Below the pieces are notes generated by a model. The model searched no databases. It was not told where the DNA came from and saw only the letters and a list, made by a program, of their open reading frames with translations. Shown here in pieces: positions 33,761 to 43,419 of a stretch of 64,000 nt of DNA. This DNA is from Candidatus Bathyarchaeota archaeon. GTDB taxonomy: Archaea > Thermoproteota > Bathyarchaeia > Bathyarchaeales > Bathycorpusculaceae. The stretch is taken from positions 1 through 64,000 of the forward strand of contig CAWFFH010000005.1 of the NCBI GenBank assembly GCA_963815095.1, written 5' to 3'. The first letter of the stretch is position 1. Each line of letters opens with the position of its first letter. The translations under genes were made by a program, and so were the position numbers.

Positions 33761-33928
33761 TAGTCTCCATTTATCTGAGGCTGGCGAGCACCTAAACCTG
33801 ACTATTATCTTATTTAACGGCAACTAAAACATCCTTCGCTCTTGCCTTCAACAGACGGAAATCGACCTATGCAGATGCATCCAAAAAAATCCTCTAAAGT
33901 CTGTGCGGCTAAAGCAACCTAAAACAAA
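33749..33928 (+). repeat. Hairpin repeat copy 4 (33749-33798) plus extension shared with copy 3
   Basis: GGTTGTGCCTAATAGTCTCCATTTATCTGAGGCTGGCGAGCACCTAAACC, followed by the same downstream blocks as copy 3. Confidence 0.75.
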
Positions 33929-34028
33929 GAAACCAAAAAACATCACCCACCCACCAATTTTATTAAATCAACCCTTCAAAGAAAAGTATAAATGGATTTT
34001 TAGCCTTATGTCCATATGGTAATATGCC

Positions 34029-34163
34029 ATGTCTTTGAGAGTTCAAATCGACACCAAATTGGAACGCAAATTCAGAGAAGTTGCTATGAAAAAATACGGC
34101 TACACAAAAGGCGCTTTAAGCAATGCTTTTTCTCCACTTCACATAGCAAGTTTAAATGAGTGA
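34029..34163 (+). pseudogene. Truncated RHH-type antitoxin
   Basis: Manual translation MSLRVQIDTKLERKFREVAMKKYGYTKGALSNA..., 44 aa, with no partner toxin. Confidence 0.55.
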
Positions 34164-34186
34164 TTGTCCCACTACATATTGGTGGG

Positions 34187-34435
34187 ATGATGGAACATAT
34201 TACGCTCAAAATAGATTCAAAAGGCAGACTTTGCATTCCAGCAGAAGTCAGGGAAGAAATCGGAGACACAGCTACGCTGAAAAAAACACCCGAAGGTTAC
34301 CTCATAATCCCCGGCAAACAAGAAAATTTTCTGACAGAATTCCAGAAAGTCATCGAATCAAAACACAAAAGAACAGGAAAACCGGAAAACTGGTCACCTG
34401 AAAAAATGAAGTCAATCTGGAGCCAAACTAAATGA
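34187..34435 (+). CDS. AbrB/MazE-family antitoxin
   Basis: KIDSKGRLCIPAEVRE motif, overlapping the downstream PIN gene (ATGA-type coupling region). Confidence 0.88.
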   Translation: MMEHITLKIDSKGRLCIPAEVREEIGDTATLKKTPEGYLIIPGKQENFLTEFQKVIESKHKRTGKPENWSPEKMKSIWSQTK

Positions 34436-34866
34436 TTTTTGGCTTAGATGCCAACATAATCTGCTATGCCCTGGATGAAGAATATCCTGAACACAAAAAA
34501 GTTAGCAATTTGCTCTTTAATTTATCTGATGAAAACAAAATTGCCCTAAACCCAACCACAATCCATGAAACATACCATACGCTTGTTTTTGGGCAGAAAT
34601 GGATTCCACAAGACGCGGCTGAAACACTAAAAATGCTGCTAAAGCATCCTTACATTAAATTTCTAAATCAAACAATGAAAAGCACAACAATTGCTTTAAC
34701 CTTGTCTGTGAAGCATGGGCTCGGCGGAAGAGATGCACTCATAATAGCCAACTTTTTAGCAAATGAGGTACCCATCATGTATACTCACGATAGGGAAATC
34801 TTGAAGATTCAAAAAATCTTATGGAAAAAATCCAATCTAACATTCAAGGACCCTCTAATCAAGTAA
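34432..34866 (+). CDS. vapC: VapC/PIN toxin
   Basis: LDANII, IHE, RDALIIA and THD acidic PIN residues. Confidence 0.85.
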   Translation: MIFGLDANIICYALDEEYPEHKKVSNLLFNLSDENKIALNPTTIHETYHTLVFGQKWIPQDAAETLKMLLKHPYIKFLNQTMKSTTIALTLSVKHGLGGRDALIIANFLANEVPIMYTHDREILKIQKILWKKSNLTFKDPLIK

Positions 34867-35129
34867 ACCGCTGCTCCCCAGAAAAGAACAACTTTTCCCT
34901 TGAAGCCTAATTTGTCATTTACAAACTTTTTTCAAAAACCTTTGCCTCTGGCATTGTGTTTGGTACTTTTAGCTTCGTTAATCCACTATTGTTTTAACCT
35001 TTAAATTAACTTCAATTGGAAAACTGACAACGATTGAAGTCGGATAAATTATGGCCCTTGAAATAGGAATCATCTTTGATCCAGCAACAATTATATTCTG
35101 GATTATCCAGATAACTTAAGTGATCTGTA

Positions 35130-35402
35130 ATGGCAACAATTCTAGTAAAAAATCTGCCAGAAGAACTACTAAGAGAACTAAAACGGCTCAAGGTAGAACT
35201 AGGCTGTAAAACCTGGGCTAACCTCCTTTCCGAACTAGTTGCCAGCGAAAAGATTCTGCTCAATGAAGAAAAAAATAACCAGACTGACACTGGCGTCCAG
35301 AATTTTCTAAACCTAAGGACAGCAGTCTCAGCCAAATGGAATAGCGGTCCCACAGTACTGGAAGAAACACGCAGGTCTAGAAAACATGAAACAATCAAGT
35401 AG
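35130..35402 (+). CDS. Putative antitoxin (RHH/FitA-like)
   Basis: MATILVKNLPEEL N-terminus. Overlaps the downstream PIN gene. Confidence 0.75.
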   Translation: MATILVKNLPEELLRELKRLKVELGCKTWANLLSELVASEKILLNEEKNNQTDTGVQNFLNLRTAVSAKWNSGPTVLEETRRSRKHETIK

Positions 35403-35832
35403 ACTTCTTACTTTAGATGCCAATGTCCTTATCGCCGCATTAAAGGCAGATGAACCTTACAGCGAAAAATGTGCCGAAATACTTTCTAAAGTCCCAAACC
35501 AATTTCAGCTAACAGAACCAAGCATAATCTACCAGGAAGTATGCGGAACTCTTGCAAGAAAAACAAGCCTGGAGATAGCCAACGAAGCAAGAAAACAAAT
35601 GGACCTTATGATTAACCCAAAACTATTGACCAATTGTGACAAAAACCTTTGCACATCAGCATTTTGCCTATGCTCAGAATACAACACATACTCAATCGAT
35701 GCACTCTACCTACAAGTAGCTCTAAAAAATAAAGCAATCCTTGTTTCATTAGACAAAGAAGACTTCATAGATAGAATAAAAAAGAAAAAACCACCCATCG
35801 AAGTTTACAATGTCTCCGAATTTCCCTACTGA
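35386..35832 (+). CDS. vapC: VapC/PIN toxin
   Basis: LDANVLI, QEV, IDALYL and LVSLD motifs. Confidence 0.85.
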   Translation: MKQSSRLLTLDANVLIAALKADEPYSEKCAEILSKVPNQFQLTEPSIIYQEVCGTLARKTSLEIANEARKQMDLMINPKLLTNCDKNLCTSAFCLCSEYNTYSIDALYLQVALKNKAILVSLDKEDFIDRIKKKKPPIEVYNVSEFPY

Positions 35833-35857
35833 ACAGCAAAACCATTATTTTCAGATG

Positions 35858-36163
35858 TCATGGCTTGAAATTTGTTGAGGCTGTAAGGCTTTCGTTGTGA
35901 TTTAGTTGGGTTCTTTTGCTTTTGATGAAAATCATAATTTTGGCGAAATCCCGCTTCACTGTCCGCTCACTGACATGAAGCTGCCGCGCGATTTGTTTGA
36001 TGCCCAAGCCTTGATTTTGCAGCTCCAGGGCTTGTTTGCGTCGGTTCGTTTCTGCTTTGAATTTTTCTAAGCTTTTGTAGTACTTGCCAATTCGCCGATA
36101 CCTCGCTTCCCTTTTCACACTATTGTGTTTTTTTGTGTCAAAAACTGCATTGCGCATGCTCAA
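35858..36163 (-). CDS. Basic HTH DNA-binding protein, possibly a mobile-element remnant
   Basis: RRKQALELQNQGLGIKQIARQLHVSERTVKRD HTH. Confidence 0.7.
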   Translation of the reverse strand: MSMRNAVFDTKKHNSVKREARYRRIGKYYKSLEKFKAETNRRKQALELQNQGLGIKQIARQLHVSERTVKRDFAKIMIFIKSKRTQLNHNESLTASTNFKP

Positions 36164-36637
36164 ATAGCCCCCAAACGTGCGATAACGGATTTTTTATGTT
36201 CCCTAAAAACCTCAAAAAACAACCCAAAACACCAAATATCCTTGAATTTTCGACTTTTCATCCATAAATCACTCTTAAATTTTTTGAGTCCCAATGATTT
36301 GTGACAAAAGTGCCATATTTTATCAAACCAAATATAACCTTTAACACATCACTTCAAGGCAGCAAACAACTTTTTGCCACCACCCAAACCCCCCAAAATA
36401 GCCCTCAAGCCAATCAACGCAACCCCTTTAAGACCAGCGAATGGTCTAAGAGACGAAGGTTGAAAAATCTGCTCTTATGTTATGTCTTATCTTTTTTATC
36501 AGCTACCGCAACCTCTACAGGTAACGCAGGTTTTTTTGCAACAAAAATTTTTTCGCTAGCAGAGCTTCATTTACTATCTCTATGGTTAGGTGCAATAATA
36601 ATTAAATAGGGAACGAGCCAATAGATATTGAGAAGAC

Positions 36638-36832
36638 ATGACGATTGAAATTGAGTTAAAGGAAATAAAAAGTCTGCTCTCAGAGTTGAAACAGAAAATG
36701 GATATTCTGATTGAAGAAAAAGAAACTTCAACAATGATGGGTTTATCCGAGAAATCGCTTAAGGACTTCTTTTCAAAAGAACCTGAAATTTACACAATTA
36801 AAGATATAAAAGCTAAGGTTAACTGTGTTTGA
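36638..36832 (+). CDS. Putative antitoxin
   Basis: Small ORF with LSEKSLKDFFSKEPEIY that overlaps mazF by 4 nt. Confidence 0.7.
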   Translation: MTIEIELKEIKSLLSELKQKMDILIEEKETSTMMGLSEKSLKDFFSKEPEIYTIKDIKAKVNCV

Positions 36833-37155
36833 AAGGAAAAATAGTCCTTATACCTTTTCCGTTCACAGACCTAACAGCAACCAAACTAAGGCCTGCACTT
36901 GTTCTTTATGAAGGAGAAAAAGATGTCGTAGTGGCTTTCATTTCCTCCAGAACGGACAAGCCAAAACCCGTTGACATCATCATCAACGAAAAAAATGTTG
37001 AATTCAAACAAACAGGACTCAAACTAACCTCAACCATAAAACTCGACAAGGTCGCAACAATATCAAAAGATCTCATTATAGGCGAAATCGGTGAAGTAGG
37101 ACCTAAACTTAAAAAAGAAGTAAACCGCAAAATCACGGAAATCTACAATTTGTAA
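36829..37155 (+). CDS. mazF: PemK/MazF-family toxin
   Basis: GKIVLIPFPFTDLTATKLRPALVL, VVAFISS and TGLKLTSTIKLDK motifs. Confidence 0.9.
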   Translation: MKGKIVLIPFPFTDLTATKLRPALVLYEGEKDVVVAFISSRTDKPKPVDIIINEKNVEFKQTGLKLTSTIKLDKVATISKDLIIGEIGEVGPKLKKEVNRKITEIYNL

Positions 37156-37386
37156 GTTGGCATTGACTGTGACAGTTAACAATACAAAAAGTGAAAGTCC
37201 TTGCCTAAAATTCCACTTGTAGATTCCAATCAGTTAAACCGATAGTTTTCTCAAAGAAGAAGATTGCTACAGGGCACTTCTTCTATTGGAGCTTTTTTCT
37301 TGTTGGCCGTAGGTGCTAAAGAAGTTGTTATTGTGCAACTTTGTGTGGTATGTGGTTGCAACGAAATTATTGTTGGTGGACAAAAG

Positions 37387-40300
37387 TTATAATGTTGCTG
37401 TTACACTCGCGCCGTTAGCTCTTGGACTTGGATCTCTAATGATCACGGTAGGAGCCGAAGTGTAACCGCTGCCTGGATTTGTAAGCACTATGCCGATAAT
37501 TACGCCATTTGAGACTCTAGCTGTTGCCGTTGCGCCTGTTCCGCCTCCGCCTGTGATGATTATAGCCGGAGTAGTATAGCAGCTACCGCCACTCTGAACA
37601 ACAAAACCTGTAATTGATAATGTTCCAACTGTGATTGTTGCATTGTTAGATTGGGCAGACCCAGTGTTTTTGTCTGTAACTATTAGGTAGATAGTTGAGT
37701 TTCCAGAAGATGTTGGGGTGAAAGTCCAGCTGCTTTCATTGGCATTTGAAATTTGGGTCCCGTTGAGGTACCACTGATAAATGTATGGTTGTGCCCCCCC
37801 AGAAACGGTACTGTTGAATGTTTGCGGTTCTCCTATTGTCATGTTACCGGATACGGGATTGATTGAAACGATAAGCTGAGAATAAACTATGATGTCTGTT
37901 ATGATGTTTGATTGAGTTTTGATGCCAAAAGCATCAGTGATGTTTAGGTAGATTTTGTAGTGACCCTCTAAAGTTGGCGTGAAAGTCCAATTCTGGCTGT
38001 TTGCTCCCGAAACAGCGGTGTCGTTGAGATACCACTGGAAAGAATACGGAGTTGTGCCTCCCGAAACTATAGAATCAAACGTTTGCGACTGCCCAAGGTA
38101 CATTCTAACCTGCACAGGCGAGATAGTTACATTTGTTAAAGATTCAACCATTAAGGTCGCATTATTTGACTGAATCATTGCAGTGTTATTATCTGCGACG
38201 ATAAGGTAGACACTGAAATCTCCAGATGATACAGGAATGAACGTCCAGGTGCTAGAGCTTGCATTTAGAATTGGACTGCCATTAAGGTACCATTGATAAC
38301 TATAAGGTTGGGATCCACCTGTCACGATACAGTTGAATAGCTGTGGTGTTCCAATGGTCGTATTAATTAAAGCAGGACTTATCGAGGCTGAAAGTAAGGG
38401 GTAAACTGTTATGTTTGCTTCAATGTCTGATCGAGCAATTATGTTGAATGCGTCAGTGACCTTTAGGAAGATTCTGTAGGTTCCAGCAGAGGTAGGTGTG
38501 AAGATCCAGTTTTCACTGGTTGCGCCCAAAATTGCGGAGTTATTTTGGTACCACTGGTAAGAATATGGAGCGGTTCCTCCTGATACGGTTGAATTGAAAG
38601 TTTGGGATTCTCCAAGGTACATTTTTTCTTTAATCGCATTGAAACTAACAACCAAAGGCGTTTCAACCAATACTGTTGCATTATTGGATTGTGCGGTGAA
38701 AATGTTGTTGTCAGTTACTTTTACATAGATTTTGTAGGGTCCTATTGATTGGGGAATGAATGTCCACGAGCTGTTGTTTGTATCTGGAACTGCATTGTCG
38801 TTGAGGTACCATTGATATGTATAGAGTTGGTCCCCGCCGGAGACGATGCTGACGAAGGTTTGTGGGGTTCCAACTGTGGTGTTCATTGAGGTTGGACTGA
38901 TTGAAACAGCTAATTGGGGATAAACCATGATGTCTGCTACTACATTGGATTGAGTTTTGGTGTTGAGAGCATCTGTTATGTTGAGGTAAATGTTGAAATT
39001 TCCAGTCTGAGATGGGTTAAAATTCCAGATTGAGTCGGCTGCACCAGAAACAGCGGTTCCATTCAATACCCACTGATAAGTGAAAGGTGCCACACCGCCT
39101 ACTACAGTTGAGTTAAACTGTTGTGATCCGCCGAAAACTATGTTTGCCGAGGTTGGGCTAATTGAAACTGACAGTTGAATGTAAACCAAAATATCGGTCA
39201 AAATGTTAGATTGAGCTTGGCTGTTGAGGCTGTCAGTAACATTGAGATAAACGTTGTAGTGACCTGTTTGTGTTGGTGTAAAGTTCCATGTCGAACTATT
39301 CGCCCCAGTTACAGCAGTGCCGTTAAGGAACCATTGGTAAGTTAAGGGTTGAGCTCCTCCTTGAACAGTAGAGTTGAACGTTTGCGTGGTCCCAACGATC
39401 ATATTAACCAAAGTGGGGCTGATTGAAACGGTCAATTGGGGATAAACAGTGATGTCTATGACAATGTTAGATTGGACTTTGAAGTTTAATGCATCGGTTA
39501 CATTGAGATAAATTCTATAGTGTCCCGCAACTGTTGGGGTGAAGTTCCAAACGCTAGAAGTAGCTCCTGTCACAGCGGTATCATTGAGGTACCATTGGTA
39601 GGCATAAGGAGTGAGGCCGCCTACTATGGTCGAATTGAATTGTTGCGTGTCCCCAACGGTTATGTTCACTGAATTGGGATTGATTGTTGCAGATGGCTGT
39701 GAATAGACGTTGATAGTAGCCATGTTGGATTGGACTGTGCAGTTTAAGCTGTCAGTTGCATTAAGATAGATACCATAGGACCCTGTGAAGTTTGCTGTGT
39801 AAATCAAAGTCGAGGTTGTTGAGCCTGATATTGCAGTACCGTTCGCATAACACCATTGATAAGTATACGGGGCGAGGCCTCCAGTAACTGCAGAGTTGAA
39901 TTGCTGATATCCGCCTAAAGTTATGTTTGCGAATAATGGGCTAATAGAAACCGACGGCGGAGCATAAACTTCGATATCGTTAACAACATTGGATTTCGTT
40001 TGATAATTGAGACTATCAGTAACATTTAGGTAAATGCTGTATTGTCCACTTTGAGTTGGAGTGAAAGTCCAGTTAGCGCCTGTGGCAGCTGAAACTGCAA
40101 TTTCATTCAGATACCATTGATAAGCATAAGGCGGACTGCCTCCTGAAACTGAAGAATCAAAAATCTCAGACTTTCCCAGACCAATTCTAACATTAGTTGG
40201 AGTGATATTAACGGTAGGAATTGACGTTAGATTAGCTGAAAAACTAAAAGAGTCACCCGAATCCGTAATCCACAAATCATCCCAAACCGAATACGTTGAA

Positions 40301-43086
40301 ACAGCAACCGTTTGACTATTCAAATCAAAAGAATAAATCCTAACTGAACACGCACCCTGCAAATCATCCGTTTCTTGCCGATCATATTCTATTTGAGTCC
40401 TGCCATTAACTTCGTTATGAACATTAACCGCTGGATCACCACCACAGTGCCCATTAAGAGTCATGAACACATTCGGATATTCATTGAGAAGATTTTGCAG
40501 TTTAACTTCCCACGTACCATCTCCAATACTATTAGCAAAGTCACCATTGGGAGAAGATAAGTAAACGTGAGTCGCAACAATGATGTTATAACTTAAGTTA
40601 GAATAGGTATTCAATAATCCCCTCATCCAACTGAGCGTAGAATCGTTGGCAAAAGCCTCTATATCAATTACCAAAAAATTGTAATTTCCCACTGAAAACT
40701 TTGCAGCAGTATTCTTTCCTTCAAAACAATCCCCCGCCCAATAACTATCGTTCACAAAAGACAATGAATTAAACGCCGAATACTGCTCTCCAACCCAACC
40801 ACTATTTGGATCACCGCTCCAACCATCATCAGTCGTCTGATCATGATTCCCTGCACACCAAACATAAGGAACGCCATTGTTTGCTAAAATACTCATACCA
40901 GTGTTCGCATCTTGCCACTGTGAAGCATCCCAATATTCGTTAATTATGTCTCCAGTATGCACAACCATCTGCAAATTGTACATTCCAGAGCTATTCACAA
41001 TCCAATTGCACAATAGACTATACAAATCAGGATTATCTGGAAGATAAGCAGAATTCAAAGTTTGAGTGTCCGTTATTTGCATTATCGAAAAATTGTAAGC
41101 CGGCGGATTAACTGTTACGTTTGCGATGTTGGATTGGAATTGGTTGTTCAAATTATCGGTTACATTTAGGTAGATTTTGTAGTTTCCAGTTGAGGTTGGG
41201 GTAAACGTCCAGCTTTGGCTAGTTGCTTTCAAGACAGCCGTATCATTTTGGTACCACTGATAGCTATAAGGAGCGTTTTCTATGGAAATTGATGAACTGA
41301 ACGTTTGAAACCGTCCCAAATTCATCCCAACATGGGTTGGACTTATTGCCACCGGAGGGCGAGTGGTTACGTAAATCCCAATTGACCACCAATAATCTCC
41401 TCCACCATCCACAGCAACTATCCAATTGGTACCATTCCACCAAGGATCAATAGTGTGCATGGCCCAACTATTCCAGCCGGTACCGCTAGCACTTATTAGT
41501 GGGCTTTCAGGAATTTCATGTTCAGCATAATAAGTTTCGTTAAGTACATCAACCTGAAAAGCTCGATCAGCTTCACCATAAGCCACATCGCCCTTCTGAG
41601 CAAACCTTATGATTTTGTCAGAATCAAAAACTGTAACTCTTCCTCCTCCACGCACTTTAGATGAGTCATTCGTGATTAGAGGACTCATCGGATGCTCATG
41701 CCAAGAATCAGGGTTCGCGAGATTAAAAGAATAGAAAAGACGAAGATCACTATCCGTTCCAGTAAACATCCACCACTCACTATTGTAACGGAAAATTGAA
41801 GCATCAGCAGGTATGAAATTTTGATTCGAAATCAAAGTACTAACAAGGGTCCAAGAGTAAGGAAAATTCGTAGCTTTGTACAGAGTAACCCCCAAGGGAA
41901 AAGAATTCGGAATCATATAGTAAATTCCCTCCCATTTGAACACGTAAGGATACGACAGATAAGAAGACGAATCAGAGATCACAATTTGATTATAAGTCCA
42001 GCTTAAGCCATCACCACTTGTAGCAACTCCAATTTCCTGAGCCGAATCTGTTTCCACCTCAAAAAACATGTACCAGGAACTTCCTTCATGAAAAATGAAA
42101 GGGTCAGCAACAAAGTTGGCGTTTCTATCAGTGACATCTGCCGCTGTTAGAACAGGATTCACTGCACCAGGAATAAGATCAAAGAAATCTTGTGTAACAT
42201 TTGACCAATCGGGCGATAATAAATTGGTTACAGACTGATTATAAACTACGATATTATTTGCTATGTTGGATTGGACTTGGTTACTTTGACTGTCGACTAC
42301 AATTAGATAAATTTTGTACGTTCCTGCTTGGGTTGGAGTAAAGTCCAAATTTTGATCCGTTCCCCCCGAGGCTGCTGTATCATTAATATACCATTGATAA
42401 GAGTAGGGTGACGAGCCTCCATTCACAGTTGAAGAAAATTGTTGATAACCACCAAGAGGTATGTTCACCGAGGTTGGACTAATTAACGCGGACAACTCAG
42501 AATTATCCAGATTTTCACTTGCGTAAATACTCATAGCTCCAATTGGATCTGGACCACCCCATTCTGGACCGAACGGATCGCTAAACCCCTGATCATATGC
42601 ATTTCCATTGTGGACTCGCACGCCCGAATCAAGCACTATACGAAGATTCAAAGACTCATCGCTACAAATCGAGAGCCAATAAACCGAGCCGGAAGTTACC
42701 ACCTCAGGCGTTTGCAATGGAAAGTCCACCCATAAAAAAGATGTAGTCACAATTACTTCGTTCGATTGCGCAATTAAATCGCCAGGTTGACCTGAATCGT
42801 CAGCATAAATCGCTACTCTGACGGGTCCGGTTGTGTAGGCCCGCGAGATATAGGCATATATGTCTGTTACTTGTCCATCGCTACCACATATAAAAGAAGA
42901 AGCTGATTTAGCGTTAGGATCATTCTGATCAGAAAAGGAGCCGATTGAAGTATTTCCGAAAGTGAACGAGCTAGAATTCAACAGATTTTGCGAAAAACCA
43001 GGTGAGCCACCAAAAGACAAAGGAAAACTTACAGTCACCAGCAAAAACACTACAAAAAGAGTCAATGCTTTTAGCTGTAAATTCAT
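37387..43086 (-). CDS. 1899-aa secreted multidomain protein: N-terminal beta domain, five-bladed GH43/GH130-like propeller, metallophosphoesterase, 12 PKD/Ig-like repeats and a Gly-rich C-terminal domain
   Basis: Signal peptide, FVADPF/LSYPYVF/DASIF propeller motifs, ITDTQ/HTGDI/AGNHD/ATH/NGH phosphoesterase motifs, and 12 S(I)SP...GG..PY.YQWY repeats. Confidence 0.85.
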   Translation of the reverse strand: MNLQLKALTLFVVFLLVTVSFPLSFGGSPGFSQNLLNSSSFTFGNTSIGSFSDQNDPNAKSASSFICGSDGQVTDIYAYISRAYTTGPVRVAIYADDSGQPGDLIAQSNEVIVTTSFLWVDFPLQTPEVVTSGSVYWLSICSDESLNLRIVLDSGVRVHNGNAYDQGFSDPFGPEWGGPDPIGAMSIYASENLDNSELSALISPTSVNIPLGGYQQFSSTVNGGSSPYSYQWYINDTAASGGTDQNLDFTPTQAGTYKIYLIVVDSQSNQVQSNIANNIVVYNQSVTNLLSPDWSNVTQDFFDLIPGAVNPVLTAADVTDRNANFVADPFIFHEGSSWYMFFEVETDSAQEIGVATSGDGLSWTYNQIVISDSSSYLSYPYVFKWEGIYYMIPNSFPLGVTLYKATNFPYSWTLVSTLISNQNFIPADASIFRYNSEWWMFTGTDSDLRLFYSFNLANPDSWHEHPMSPLITNDSSKVRGGGRVTVFDSDKIIRFAQKGDVAYGEADRAFQVDVLNETYYAEHEIPESPLISASGTGWNSWAMHTIDPWWNGTNWIVAVDGGGDYWWSIGIYVTTRPPVAISPTHVGMNLGRFQTFSSSISIENAPYSYQWYQNDTAVLKATSQSWTFTPTSTGNYKIYLNVTDNLNNQFQSNIANVTVNPPAYNFSIMQITDTQTLNSAYLPDNPDLYSLLCNWIVNSSGMYNLQMVVHTGDIINEYWDASQWQDANTGMSILANNGVPYVWCAGNHDQTTDDGWSGDPNSGWVGEQYSAFNSLSFVNDSYWAGDCFEGKNTAAKFSVGNYNFLVIDIEAFANDSTLSWMRGLLNTYSNLSYNIIVATHVYLSSPNGDFANSIGDGTWEVKLQNLLNEYPNVFMTLNGHCGGDPAVNVHNEVNGRTQIEYDRQETDDLQGACSVRIYSFDLNSQTVAVSTYSVWDDLWITDSGDSFSFSANLTSIPTVNITPTNVRIGLGKSEIFDSSVSGGSPPYAYQWYLNEIAVSAATGANWTFTPTQSGQYSIYLNVTDSLNYQTKSNVVNDIEVYAPPSVSISPLFANITLGGYQQFNSAVTGGLAPYTYQWCYANGTAISGSTTSTLIYTANFTGSYGIYLNATDSLNCTVQSNMATINVYSQPSATINPNSVNITVGDTQQFNSTIVGGLTPYAYQWYLNDTAVTGATSSVWNFTPTVAGHYRIYLNVTDALNFKVQSNIVIDITVYPQLTVSISPTLVNMIVGTTQTFNSTVQGGAQPLTYQWFLNGTAVTGANSSTWNFTPTQTGHYNVYLNVTDSLNSQAQSNILTDILVYIQLSVSISPTSANIVFGGSQQFNSTVVGGVAPFTYQWVLNGTAVSGAADSIWNFNPSQTGNFNIYLNITDALNTKTQSNVVADIMVYPQLAVSISPTSMNTTVGTPQTFVSIVSGGDQLYTYQWYLNDNAVPDTNNSSWTFIPQSIGPYKIYVKVTDNNIFTAQSNNATVLVETPLVVSFNAIKEKMYLGESQTFNSTVSGGTAPYSYQWYQNNSAILGATSENWIFTPTSAGTYRIFLKVTDAFNIIARSDIEANITVYPLLSASISPALINTTIGTPQLFNCIVTGGSQPYSYQWYLNGSPILNASSSTWTFIPVSSGDFSVYLIVADNNTAMIQSNNATLMVESLTNVTISPVQVRMYLGQSQTFDSIVSGGTTPYSFQWYLNDTAVSGANSQNWTFTPTLEGHYKIYLNITDAFGIKTQSNIITDIIVYSQLIVSINPVSGNMTIGEPQTFNSTVSGGAQPYIYQWYLNGTQISNANESSWTFTPTSSGNSTIYLIVTDKNTGSAQSNNATITVGTLSITGFVVQSGGSCYTTPAIIITGGGGTGATATARVSNGVIIGIVLTNPGSGYTSAPTVIIRDPSPRANGASVTATL

Positions 43087-43419
43087 TATTCCCGTCTCCC
43101 ACTTAAGCTCCCATGTCCAATTGCCTGCTTATCTTGCTAGCTTTCTAATTCAAATCTCTGCAAAATTCATATCAAGCAACTCAATAGATAAACTAGACAT
43201 GAATTAGCAAAATAAAAACGAATATTTCCATATTTGGAATGTTCCGAAACATAGACTATGGCTCCTTTACGTTCATTAAAAAATTATAGCACAAATTGTC
43301 ATATCAAGTTGGATAACAATTCTTTTTAAAATTGTTAGCGGAATCGCTTTGAAGAACTAAAAACGGTCCATTGGTCTAAAAACTTTAGCTACTCAAGAAA
43401 AAGAAAAAAGAAAAAAAGG

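Noticed and set aside
27960-33798. Hairpin repeats as a CRISPR array or canonical integron attC sites
   Set aside because: Spacing is 0.8-3.9 kb with genes in between, there are no cas genes or IntI in the window, and the end polarity does not match RYYYAAC...GTTRRRY.
36301-36609. 102-aa ORF in the TA island
   Set aside because: No recognisable motif or RBS and low-complexity composition, so probably spurious.
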